Positions 37,734 to 47,627 of a DNA stretch of 47,627 nt are shown piece by piece; within the stretch, counting starts at the first letter, position 1; each line of letters opens with the position of its first letter. The stretch lies in contig NW_014040221.1 in NCBI RefSeq assembly GCF_001186125.1, forward strand, positions 25,325 to 72,951, in the 5' to 3' direction. The notes beneath the pieces are model-generated. The model searched no databases, was not told the origin of the DNA, and was given only the letters and a program-made list of their open reading frames with translations. Origin of the DNA: Sphaeroforma arctica JP610 (lineage: Eukaryota). Both the position numbers and the translations under genes were made by a program.

Positions 37734-38296
37734 CTAAAACCCTGGTGTATGAATGAAGTGAGAGAGGCAACTGGAGACCGTAACTCATATTAGTTCGTAA
37801 TTATCATACGGCTTTGTTAATCGCCTGTATGATAATTTTCTTTAAATCCCATATCACGGTGGCATTCTCTATTGTATCACATTAGGTGGCGTTACGCATT
37901 GTTATCGAACATAACTATCGCATCCGCAACACTGACAGCCATTAAAGCATATAGCATTTGAGTATAGATGTCAAGACATGGTGTTGCAGCTAAAGTGTAA
38001 TAGTGCAGATAACTCCCAATCATCCTTACAGTTCCATATAGTAGGTGGCTTAAGGGGTATAAATAGATGGGATTGTGCCTCGCGCGAGGATTCGCCACTT
38101 ACCTGTACTTAGAATATGGCACTTTCCGGTTCCATCGCTAGTTTTATTGTTAATTAATGGCATTGGTCGGTGATCTGGCATTGGCTATACTCATAGACCT
38201 GTCAGTATGTGTTGACATCGAAGTATCAATTTGTGTTGCATAGGTATTATTAAAGAAACGGGGTAGTTAAAACGTAACAATCTGGGTTGCATAAGT

Positions 38297-38616
38297 NNNN
38301 NNNNNNNNNNNNNNNNNNNNNNNNNNNNNNNNNNNNNNNNNNNNNNNNNNNNNNNNNNNNNNNNNNNNNNNNNNNNNNNNNNNNNNNNNNNNNNNNNNNN
38401 NNNNNNNNNNNNNNNNNNNNNNNNNNNNNNNNNNNNNNNNNNNNNNNNNNNNNNNNNNNNNNNNNNNNNNNNNNNNNNNNNNNNNNNNNNNNNNNNNNNN
38501 NNNNNNNNNNNNNNNNNNNNNNNNNNNNNNNNNNNNNNNNNNNNNNNNNNNNNNNNNNNNNNNNNNNNNNNNNNNNNNNNNNNNNNNNNNNNNNNNNNNN
38601 NNNNNNNNNNNNNNNN
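38297..38616. other. Assembly gap (N run) next to a (GT)n tract
   Basis: Run of n. Confidence 1.
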
Positions 38617-38719
<103 letters not shown>

Positions 38720-39200
38720 GTATATATGTTGCTGGCCAACCCTCCTCGATCAATATTCCTTCGTTGTCCCCAATCACCATTCTAGACTGATATATCCCAA
38801 TATTGGCTGTCTCGACCCTGTCATAACCCATCGCTTGACGTTTCAAAGTACATCCCTCTTCGTTTCTCAATTACTGATTTGCTATTTATTGTCATCGTCT
38901 GAGAATTCTGTAAAACTAGTTGATAACACAACTCACGGATCTTCACATCCCACAAATGAACGACGAACCGACACCTATAGATTACCAGCAGTTGCTGCAA
39001 TACTTATGTGAACAGATCTTCTTGATTAGGGTACATCAAGTTCTTGGCAGGTCAGAACGATACCGTATTGGTATCGTCAGAACAAATCCGGTGGTTCCAG
39101 CCCCATTTATAACTACCGCCGCGTTCGTGACTTCTGTGTTCCCATGCATGTTGACTACCACTCATTACACTAATTGACCCCGTCTTTCTTCCTCCTACAA

Positions 39201-42158
39201 CTATTCCGCAGTCTCGGTGCCACCCGCCAGTCGTTTCTTCTGCAGTCGGCGTTCGTTGCGCCTCTGCTGCTTCGCCGCATTCTTCTTATTCTTCGCCGCA
39301 GCAGGCGCCGGCGTAGCCGCAGTACTACCACCAGTGACTGACAGATGCCCACTCCCACTCGTATCAGAAGACCCCTGCACAGTCCGTGGCGGTACCACCG
39401 TGCCTGTATCGCCCTCGTCGTCGAAGCGCATACGTTTGTTCTTTGCACCCACACTCGCACCCGTTGCAGCGCTGTTATATCCTCCGGTGTGGGAATAAGC
39501 ATAGCCTGTGTGAGAATAACTAGCGTACTCGCCGCTACGCACAACCTCCGTCTCCGGCACGCGCTGCCCGCGCTCCACCACAAGCAGGTACCGAACTTTC
39601 TCCGACGCGTGCGTGCCCGCCCCCGTTTGCCACAGACGGTCAAAGTACGATCGGCTCTCCACCCCCTCCACATACCCCAGCTCTTTTCCGGGGGTGCCCT
39701 CATATACGTGTATATACGTTCCGTCCTCCCCTCTCACGGTTTCCTTGACGTATACGCTCTCGGTGTTGGCGTCCATATTGTCTTTGTTGCGGAAGGCTGT
39801 GTCGGTGGTACGCATCAGCTCCACCATACTCCTAGCCAAGGCCAGTGTATAGAAGATGTTATCGCTCACAATCACCAGACTCCCAGCCTCACATCCCCTC
39901 TCGGCCGACACGCCCACGCCCCCGTCATCCGCTGCCACCTCCATTTCACCTTCGTTTGCAGCGCTCATTGCCGCACTACGAATGTCAGAGTGCTCCTTAG
40001 CGTCCACCAAACACGCAATACACGCCTTCAGATTCTCCGCGTTGAGCATGTGTGTGCTATCGTTCGTCTCTCCACTCTGTGTAGGGGGTTCAGGGTGGTT
40101 GACAAAGATGCCCTGTACAGTACCCACCCGCACCCGCTTGTGCAACACATCCCCACACTCCCCTCCCACCACACACACATTACGCAGCGGTGCATATGTG
40201 TCTCGGTTGCTGCCCATGCCCAGACATACAGCCGAGAAGGTCTGAGCCACGCGATCGGCGCGCAATTCCACGCTCACGTAGTTGTGTTGTGGGTAGGCAT
40301 GCGCCTGCTCGGTGATCCAGTCTCCAGTGCCCGCTCCCAGTTCTATAAATAGCGGCGCATCCGATTGGCTGGCGGAGTTGAAGACGTCTGTGAATCTGAT
40401 GTAGCCGCTCCTGTCGAGGAGGTCGTGATATATGTTCGCATGTCTACGCTTTCGGTTCTTCCTGGCCTGTAGTTGTAGTTGGTACTTTGTCAGTTTCTTC
40501 TTCTTCGCGCCCTCGTGCACCTCGGATGGCGCTGTTGGGCGTTGCTTTCCAAATCCGAAACACTCGGCTGCCTTCATCAGTTGATTCAATACTTGTTTCA
40601 CCGAGTCACCATCCACCCTCCCCTCAACCGAGTAAACAAGCTCGCCTGATGTTTTGCCAGATGATTTACTTCCTTTCGGGCCATTTTTGGACACTTTTGA
40701 CCCATTCTTGGCCCCCTTTTGGTCCATTTCCGTCTCCTCGCTTAGTCGAATCTCTGTATTCTGTGTGGCTTCATCCGTACTACCCGCACCGCTGAAAAAG
40801 AAGAACTGTCGGTACATACGCGGCAGAGTGTCCTCGCCCCACACGCTGTTCTCCTTCCCACTCACGCCTTCACTACTTCCCACATTAGCGTCCTTCGCTG
40901 CGGTAGTTTTACCTACCGACGTATCTGTTATGGTTGCGCCAACCGAGCCCACCCCTGCTCCCCCTATCCCTATGCTGGTGTATCTATCTCTCAGTTGTAT
41001 CAACCCTCCCTTAATCTCGCGCAGCTTGTGACCCCGGAACTTGCGGTTACTCTCCATACGTAGCTCATTTACCCCCGCCTTCGCACGCTTCCCCCCCCTC
41101 ACATTCACGCTCACCCGTTTGGTAGTATGTGTAGGCTCACTATGTGGGCCATGCACATCCCCTGGTTGGTACAGTGCAAGCCGCTCCATCTGGGCGATGA
41201 CCTCCAGGGCACTGGTGATGTGGTCGAGCACTATACTGGGCTGTGTGCTTAGCATCAACTCCGCACGCGCCACGGCTAACAAGCCAGACGCATACGCCTC
41301 CCCATACTCACTCAAGCTATCTTCACTACGTATATACACCTGATGGTGTGATTTCAAGAGTCCTGTAGAACTGCCCTTCTTCACCGATTTAGATGTATTC
41401 GTGCTATGTGTTTCCGTCATGTAATGGCCTGGCTGAGCGGGTTTCTCATACGATTCCCATTCTGCGGCTTGTTCAAGGGCGTTCAGTTTCTGAGCGGCTG
41501 CCGGTACTCTAAGCGCGGCACACGCAGCACTCACATAGTACTCGTAACTACTTGCATCGAATATGACATCGCTGTTATCGTTACACGATCTGAGCGCTTT
41601 AGAATACATATCCCAGCCCTCATCCAGCATACTGCCTGGGTTTCCCCACAAACACGCACGCAGAAACGTATTGAACGTCCGCACATTCGGTCTTAGATTG
41701 CGAGTGCGAATACGTTTCTTATCACACATCTGCCTCAGCACATTCAGACACTTAACCACATCCCCACTATGCGCATACCCTTTCATCAGTGTGGTATATG
41801 CCTGTACACTCACCGGACCTTCTCCCTCTAACTTGTGCACTATATTTTCAGCTGACCTAATATCACCCCCCCGTACACACGCATTAACTACAATAGCTGC
41901 GTGATGTTTGTCGACAACCCCCTTATACACTACATCATTGTACAATTCGATCGCTTCCTTGGTTTTCTTGGCGCGGGCCAGGGCTTGCAGTTCACTATTC
42001 AGCGCCAGTGCTTGTGCCGAGGCTTCTTTGTGTTCCGTTGCACCGGCTTTGGTCTCTTTGTTATACCCATGCTTCTTATTCTGTTTCGCTTTTGCCTTCG
42101 ATTTTGTGTCTAATTGGGACACCATCTCGCCAAAACTGCGTTTCCGTTCTTTGCTCAT
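39201..42158 (-). CDS. Pentatricopeptide repeat + TrmB-type tRNA (guanine-N7)-methyltransferase fusion (PPR-TGM type), 985 aa, single exon
   Basis: About 5 PPR-like motifs near the N-terminus (e.g. VQAYTTLMKGYAHSGDVVKCLNVLRQM, PNVRTFNTFLRAC). C-terminal TrmB motifs: IELGAGTGDWITEQAHAYPQHNYVSVELR, IFVNHPEP, LVIVSDNIFY, SYFDRLW (~40358-39571). Confidence 0.88.
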   Translation of the reverse strand: MSKERKRSFGEMVSQLDTKSKAKAKQNKKHGYNKETKAGATEHKEASAQALALNSELQALARAKKTKEAIELYNDVVYKGVVDKHHAAIVVNACVRGGDIRSAENIVHKLEGEGPVSVQAYTTLMKGYAHSGDVVKCLNVLRQMCDKKRIRTRNLRPNVRTFNTFLRACLWGNPGSMLDEGWDMYSKALRSCNDNSDVIFDASSYEYYVSAACAALRVPAAAQKLNALEQAAEWESYEKPAQPGHYMTETHSTNTSKSVKKGSSTGLLKSHHQVYIRSEDSLSEYGEAYASGLLAVARAELMLSTQPSIVLDHITSALEVIAQMERLALYQPGDVHGPHSEPTHTTKRVSVNVRGGKRAKAGVNELRMESNRKFRGHKLREIKGGLIQLRDRYTSIGIGGAGVGSVGATITDTSVGKTTAAKDANVGSSEGVSGKENSVWGEDTLPRMYRQFFFFSGAGSTDEATQNTEIRLSEETEMDQKGAKNGSKVSKNGPKGSKSSGKTSGELVYSVEGRVDGDSVKQVLNQLMKAAECFGFGKQRPTAPSEVHEGAKKKKLTKYQLQLQARKNRKRRHANIYHDLLDRSGYIRFTDVFNSASQSDAPLFIELGAGTGDWITEQAHAYPQHNYVSVELRADRVAQTFSAVCLGMGSNRDTYAPLRNVCVVGGECGDVLHKRVRVGTVQGIFVNHPEPPTQSGETNDSTHMLNAENLKACIACLVDAKEHSDIRSAAMSAANEGEMEVAADDGGVGVSAERGCEAGSLVIVSDNIFYTLALARSMVELMRTTDTAFRNKDNMDANTESVYVKETVRGEDGTYIHVYEGTPGKELGYVEGVESRSYFDRLWQTGAGTHASEKVRYLLVVERGQRVPETEVVRSGEYASYSHTGYAYSHTGGYNSAATGASVGAKNKRMRFDDEGDTGTVVPPRTVQGSSDTSGSGHLSVTGGSTAATPAPAAAKNKKNAAKQQRRNERRLQKKRLAGGTETAE

Positions 42159-42932
42159 GTTGGATGTTGATTGTTGAATGCAGTATGTGTGCGTTGAGTT
42201 ATGTAACTATGCCAGTTAAAGCCTGCTGAACTATCTTGTTATCACACACCCCTTCTAAAGCCCTACTCCGTAAATTCGACCGGCTACGCGACGATGGGTG
42301 CCTGTAGTGTGTATTTAAAACGCACAAGTTGTAAGCTTTCCTTTGTCCACTATATAAATACATCCATAAAAACACTTTTATGTATTTATTATCTGTTGAT
42401 CTATACCTTTTTTTTGGCACGTGGCCACACACAGCAACTGTGACGTCAAGTCGTCAACCTCCCTTTTTTGCGTTTTAAAGTTAAACGTTTATGCAACATA
42501 GTTGGTACAATTCTACAATAGGCTTTGACATGTGGGTACAAACGGGTTTACGTTAAAATCCCCATATATGGAACTAAAATGTGTAAAACCCAAGAACCCT
42601 GCGTGTCAAAATATTTGGCGGGCTCTACTGTTCATAACAAAAGTGTTCAATTTATATATTCATGACCTACGGACGTTTGTCCAATGACCGATCAGCCATA
42701 TTAAAATATTATAACTTTCTCTGGAGAGAGAGAGAGAGAGAGAGAGTACATAGTCAGTATAAGAAATCCATTCATTAATCTTGTTTAATCCCTGAGGAGA
42801 GGCTACGTTGACCTCTGACTCAAAACAAGAAGTGTAACCCCCACTCGGAAATAGCATCTGTACTTATTACACTCGCACTCCATACCACGACGCTCCACAA
42901 CGCCATCTGCATTGTATTTACTAACGCTTGTA

Positions 42933-43712
42933 ATGAGGTTAGGCACCGATGTATTCGCCAGTTGGGTGGCGGGTAGTGTACTGCACATCTACGGTGATTC
43001 CCTGGTGGATTATGGGGCTACCTACAATTTGACGCAGGGGGCCTGGCCGATCTCTCCTCCTTATCAGGTGGGCCAACCCTTACTTTGTGTATTATTTGTT
43101 TTCAATAGTGGATTATGTAGACATTCATCTTAAGGTGATGGTGTATTTTCGGATTTAATTTTGTATTTAGGAACTTCAGCTTGGTGTGTCTTCTTTGTTT
43201 TCAATAGTAAATTATGTGGAAATTCAACTTAAAATCTTATGTGTATTTGGGATTAATTTGGTATAAGGAAATTCAGCTTGATGTTGTTTGGGTATTTTGG
43301 GCTTATTACTGTATACGTATTCTCATCTTAATACTATACAAGCCGATTCGGCTCATTGTTGTATGCACAATTTAACGCATATTTGGATGCAGACACCAAA
43401 CGAGACCCGTACATTTCTTACAATTCTACAGTTTAAATGTCTGGAAGGATATTCTATATGTCTATTAGTGTGTACCAAATTTCCGCCTTATAGTGGTGAT
43501 CCTGATAGATGACGACAACCATATACACCAATACATGTCACAGTGTATATTATACCATGGTGGCATCTAGACTCTCTAAACTCTTATACAAGTGCTCATT
43601 CCTTGTGCCAACACAAACCAGCCTGGATTCAGAGTGTCGGGTATTTAGAAGTTATATGGAAGCGAATTCATCAGTCAGCACATACATTATATACATATAT
43701 ATACATATATAC

Positions 43713-43760
<48 letters not shown>

Positions 43761-44612
43761 GTGTGTGTNNNNNNNNNNNNNNNNNNNNNNNNNNNNNNNN
43801 NNNNNNNNNNNNNNNNNNNNNNNNNNNNNNNNNNNNNNNNNNNNNNNNNNNNNNNNNNNNNNNNNNNNNNNNNNNNNNNNNNNNNNNNNNNNNNNNNNNN
43901 NNNNNNNNNNNNNNNNNNNNNNNNNNNNNNNNNNNNNNNNNNNNNNNNNNNNNNNNNNNNNNNNNNNNNNNNNNNNNNNNNNNNNNNNNNNNNNNNNNNN
44001 NNNNNNNNNNNNNNNNNNNNNNNNNNNNNNNNNNNNNNNNNNNNNNNNNNNNNNNNNNNNNNNNNNNNNNNNNNNNNNNNNNNNNNNNNNNNNNNNNNNN
44101 NNNNNNNNNNNNNNNNNNNNNNNNNNNNNNNNNNNNNNNNNNNNNNNNNNNNNNNNNNNNNNNNNNNNNNNNNNNNNNNNNNNNNNNNNNNNNNNNNNNN
44201 NNNNNNNNNNNNNNNNNNNNNNNNNNNNNNNNNNNNNNNNNNNNNNNNNNNNNNNNNNNNNNNNNNNNNNNNNNNNNNNNNNNNNNNNNNNNNNNNNNNN
44301 NNNNNNNNNNNNNNNNNNNNNNNNNNNNNNNNNNNNNNNNNNNNNNNNNNNNNNNNNNNNNNNNNNNNNNNNNNNNNNNNNNNNNNNNNNNNNNNNNNNN
44401 NNNNNNNNNNNNNNNNNNNNNNNNNNNNNNNNNNNNNNNNNNNNNNNNNNNNNNNNNNNNNNNNNNNNNNNNNNNNNNNNNNNNNNNNNNNNNNNNNNNN
44501 NNNNNNNNNNNNNNNNNNNNNNNNNNNNNNNNNNNNNNNNNNNNNNNNNNNNNNNNNNNNNNNNNNNNNNNNNNNNNNNNNNNNNNNNNNNNNNNNNNNN
44601 NNNNNNNNNNNN

Positions 44613-44649
<37 letters not shown>

Positions 44650-44709
44650 GTGTGTGTGTGTGTTGTGGTATACATATTATATATATATATATTATATATA
44701 TATATATAT

Positions 44710-44741
<32 letters not shown>

Positions 44742-44999
44742 GAACGATGTACTAAAACGCGTTGCATACACTCAATAGTACTATCGAACAGTATTAACCC
44801 CATTGATAGGAACTCTGTAACATACAGTTTATCAAAGTAGCATTGGCCTCCTCTACTCTCGCTGATATACCCACATCTACTCGTTGACAGCATCACTTCT
44901 CGAATGGTCCTCTCTGGCCCCAATACCTGGCCGACAAGTACAACTTCACAGTGCACAGTCATGCATTCGGCGGCGCGACATCGAATTCTTCAGTAATAG
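42933..44999 (+). CDS. GDSL/SGNH lipase-esterase, first recognisable exons (partial)
   Basis: Exon ~42933/42943-43067 (LHIYGDSLVDYGATYNLTQGAWPISPPYQ, block I) splices in phase 0 to 44891-44999 (HHFSNGPLWPQYLADKYNFTVHSHAFGGATSNSSVI, block II). TACTAAC at 42919-42925 suggests a further upstream exon. Blocks III/V were not found in the window. Confidence 0.85.
43769..44612. other. Assembly gap (N run) inside a GDSL gene intron
   Basis: Run of n flanked by (GT)n. Confidence 1.
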
Positions 45000-45800
45000 G
45001 TTTGTTGTTATATTCCTTCAGTAATAGGTTAGTTGTTATATTTCTTCAGTAATAGGTAAGTTGTTATATTCCTTCAGTAATAGGTTAGTTGTTATATTTC
45101 TTCAGTATTAGGTTGGTTGTTATATTCCTTCAGTAGTAGGCTAGTTGTTATATTCCTTCAGTATTAGTTTAGTTGTTATATTCCTTCAGTATTAGTTTAG
45201 TTATTATATTCCTTCAGTACTAGGTTAGTTGTTATATTCCTTAGTAATAGGTTTGTTGTTATATTCCTTCAGTAGTAGGTTAGTTGTTATATTGCATCAG
45301 TAATAGGTAAGTTGTTTTATTCCTTCAGTATTAGGTTAGTTGTTATAGTCCTTCAGTAATAGGTTAGTGGTTTTATTCCTTCAGTAAAAAGTTAGTTGTT
45401 ATAGTCCTTCAGTAATAGGTTAGTTGTTCTATTCCTTCAGTAATAGGTTAGTTGTTATATTCCTTCAGTAGTAGGTTAGTTGTTATATTCCTTCAGTAAT
45501 AGGTTAGTTGTTATATTCCTTCAGTAATAGGTTGGTTGTTATATTCCTTCAGTAGTAGGTTAGTTGTTATATTCCTTCAGTATTAGTTTAGTTGTTATAT
45601 TCCTTAGTAATAGGTTAATTGTTATATTCCTTCAGTAGTAGGTTAGTTGTTATATTGCATCAGTAATAGGTTAGTTGTTTTATTCCTTCAGTATTAGGTT
45701 AGTTGTTATATTCCATCAGTAATAGGTTAGTGGTTTTATTCCTTCAGTAATAAGTTAGTTGTTATAGTCCTTCAGTAATAGGTTAGTTGTTATATTTCTT
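44986..45800 (+). repeat. 28-bp tandem array, ~29 copies, built from the exon end and 5' splice site of the GDSL gene
   Basis: Unit CCTTCAGTAATAG|GTTAGTTGTTATATT; the first copy overlaps the exon end at 44999. Confidence 0.95.
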
Positions 45801-46194
45801 CCATTCAAAAAGGATATGTGAGATTGTCATCTTCGCCAGTTCATTAGATGATAGACTAGATCGTACCTGCTGAATAATTCGTAGGGGATGGGTGTGTAGT
45901 CGTCATACAATTCTTGCGTGGGGGTGGTACCGTATTCTGTGTCTGGTTCATAAGTACACAGTGGGTTCGTATCACTAGTCCAATCTATCAGTAGTAGGTA
46001 AGTTCACACCATGTGTGGAACTAAGAAATGAGATCGCATGCGTAATTCCATTCACAAGTGATTGGCGAAATAGCAATCTGTGTCAAATCTATAATTCATC
46101 GATAAAATAAAAAATAGTTTTAGTTCATCAGCAATGGGTAAGATCGTATCGTTTATCTCATTCCAAAGAAATAGACTACACCGTACTGCATGTG

Positions 46195-47110
46195 TAAACG
46201 TATGGGCTATGTTAGACCATATTCTTCTATCGCTTATGAATTAGACCTGAAAGACCCTCTCATCGTACCTCTGTAACCTGGTGTTGTTCATGTAATTCGT
46301 ATGGGCTATGTTAGACCATATTCTTCTATCGCTTATGAATTAGACCTGAAAGACCCCCTCATCGTACCTCTGTAACCTGGTGTTGTTCTTGTATTTCGCA
46401 CGGGCTATGTTAGATCATATTCCTCTATCGCTTATGAATTAGACCTGAAAGACCCTCTCATCGTGCCTCTATAACCTGGTGTTGTTCATGTATTTCGCAC
46501 GGGCTATGTAAGATCATATTCTGCTATCACATGAATTAGACCTAAAAGACCCTCTCATCGTACCTCTGTAATGTTGTTCATGTTCATGGAATTCGCAAGG
46601 GCTATGTTAGACCATATTCTTCTATCATTTATGAATAAGACCTGAAAGACCCTCTCGTCGTACCTCTGTAACCTGGTGTTGTTCATGTTCATGTAATTCG
46701 CAAGGGCTATGTTATGTAATTCGCAAGGGCTATGTTAAATCATATTCTTCTATCAATTATGAATTAGACTTCAAAGACCCTCTCATCGTACCTCTGTAAC
46801 CTGGTGTTGTTTATGTAATTCGCATGGGCTATTTTAGATCATATACTTCTATCGCTTACGAATTAGACCTGAACGGCCTTCTCATCGTACCTCTGTAACC
46901 TGGTGTTGTTAATATAATTCGCACGGGCTATGTAAGATCATATACTTCTATCGCTTACGAATTAGACCTGAAAGACCCTCTCATCGTGCCTCTGTAACCT
47001 GGTGTTGTTCTTGTAATTCGCACGGGCTATGTTAGATCATATTCTTCCATCGCTTATGAATTAGACCTGAAAGACCCTCTCATCGCGCCTGTCTAACCTG
47101 GTGTTGTTCT
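46195..47110. repeat. 99-bp tandem array, ~9 copies
   Basis: GGGCTAT at 46204, 46303, 46402, 46501, 46599, 46704, 46727, 46826, 46925, 47024. Confidence 0.95.
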
Positions 47111-47568
47111 GAGTGTAGTGAAACGCACATTGTCCGCTCTCCTTTAGTCCAAAACATTCGAAGAGGACAGGTGCTGACGAGCTATTTGACGTCCATTGCC
47201 TTTTTAAATGAAACATCATAGGTTGTAAGGAGTGTTTTTATAATACAAGGATGGTCCAGACCTTGGATGATGTTCAGTCTAACCTTTTCTTAACTGACCT
47301 ATTTATTTATTTATTTTTGCCTTGGGGGACCAAATTATCTCTAAAGTTTGTTGAGGCCAAAATTTGTGTTGGCAAAGCTACTAATAATCTTCCATAGCTG
47401 TTGAAAATAGTGTCTTACCTACGCAAGCTACATAGTGTATCGCGCTCTGTCGAGCAGACACACTAACACTATAAGGTGGTATATCTACAACCAACACCTT
47501 TTCTCATAAATGTAAATTGATATCTATATTTATATGTATGTATGTATGTATATATATTTATATGTATG

Positions 47569-47616
<48 letters not shown>

Positions 47617-47627
47617 ATATGTTATTA

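Noticed and set aside
43454..45984. Apparent minus-strand spliced gene (45984-45867, 44987-44826, 43622-43556) with consistent phases
   Set aside because: Its middle exon is the antisense of the plus-strand GDSL block II exon, which has clear family motifs; the minus product resembles nothing I recognise.
44986..47110. CRISPR-like appearance of the 28-bp and 99-bp arrays
   Set aside because: Units are contiguous with no unique spacers, and the context is a eukaryotic intron.

Overview
Intron-rich eukaryotic genomic DNA with (TA)n/(CA)n-filled introns and several assembly gaps. The style suggests a unicellular eukaryote, possibly an ichthyosporean such as Sphaeroforma, but this is only an impression. 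Manual splicing gives: (1) the 5' part of a minus-strand sterol-desaturase/fatty-acid-hydroxylase-like gene running off the left edge; (2) a divergent ~21.6 kb, ~21-exon plus-strand gene whose C-terminal WD40 region resembles TFIIIC subunit GTF3C2/Tfc6, preceded by a ~1160-aa disordered exon, C2H2 fingers and an AT-hook; (3) two head-to-head intronless pseudogenes, a bacterial-like DUF2306 membrane protein and a FUSC/ALMT-like transporter; (4) an intact intronless PPR + TrmB-type tRNA m7G methyltransferase fusion (PPR-TGM architecture); (5) two exons of a plus-strand GDSL/SGNH lipase. The most pervasive unexplained pattern is that many intronic tandem duplications are anchored on splice junctions, creating arrays of decoy donors and acceptors (up to ~29 copies). 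All assignments come from motif recognition by eye; no searches were run.
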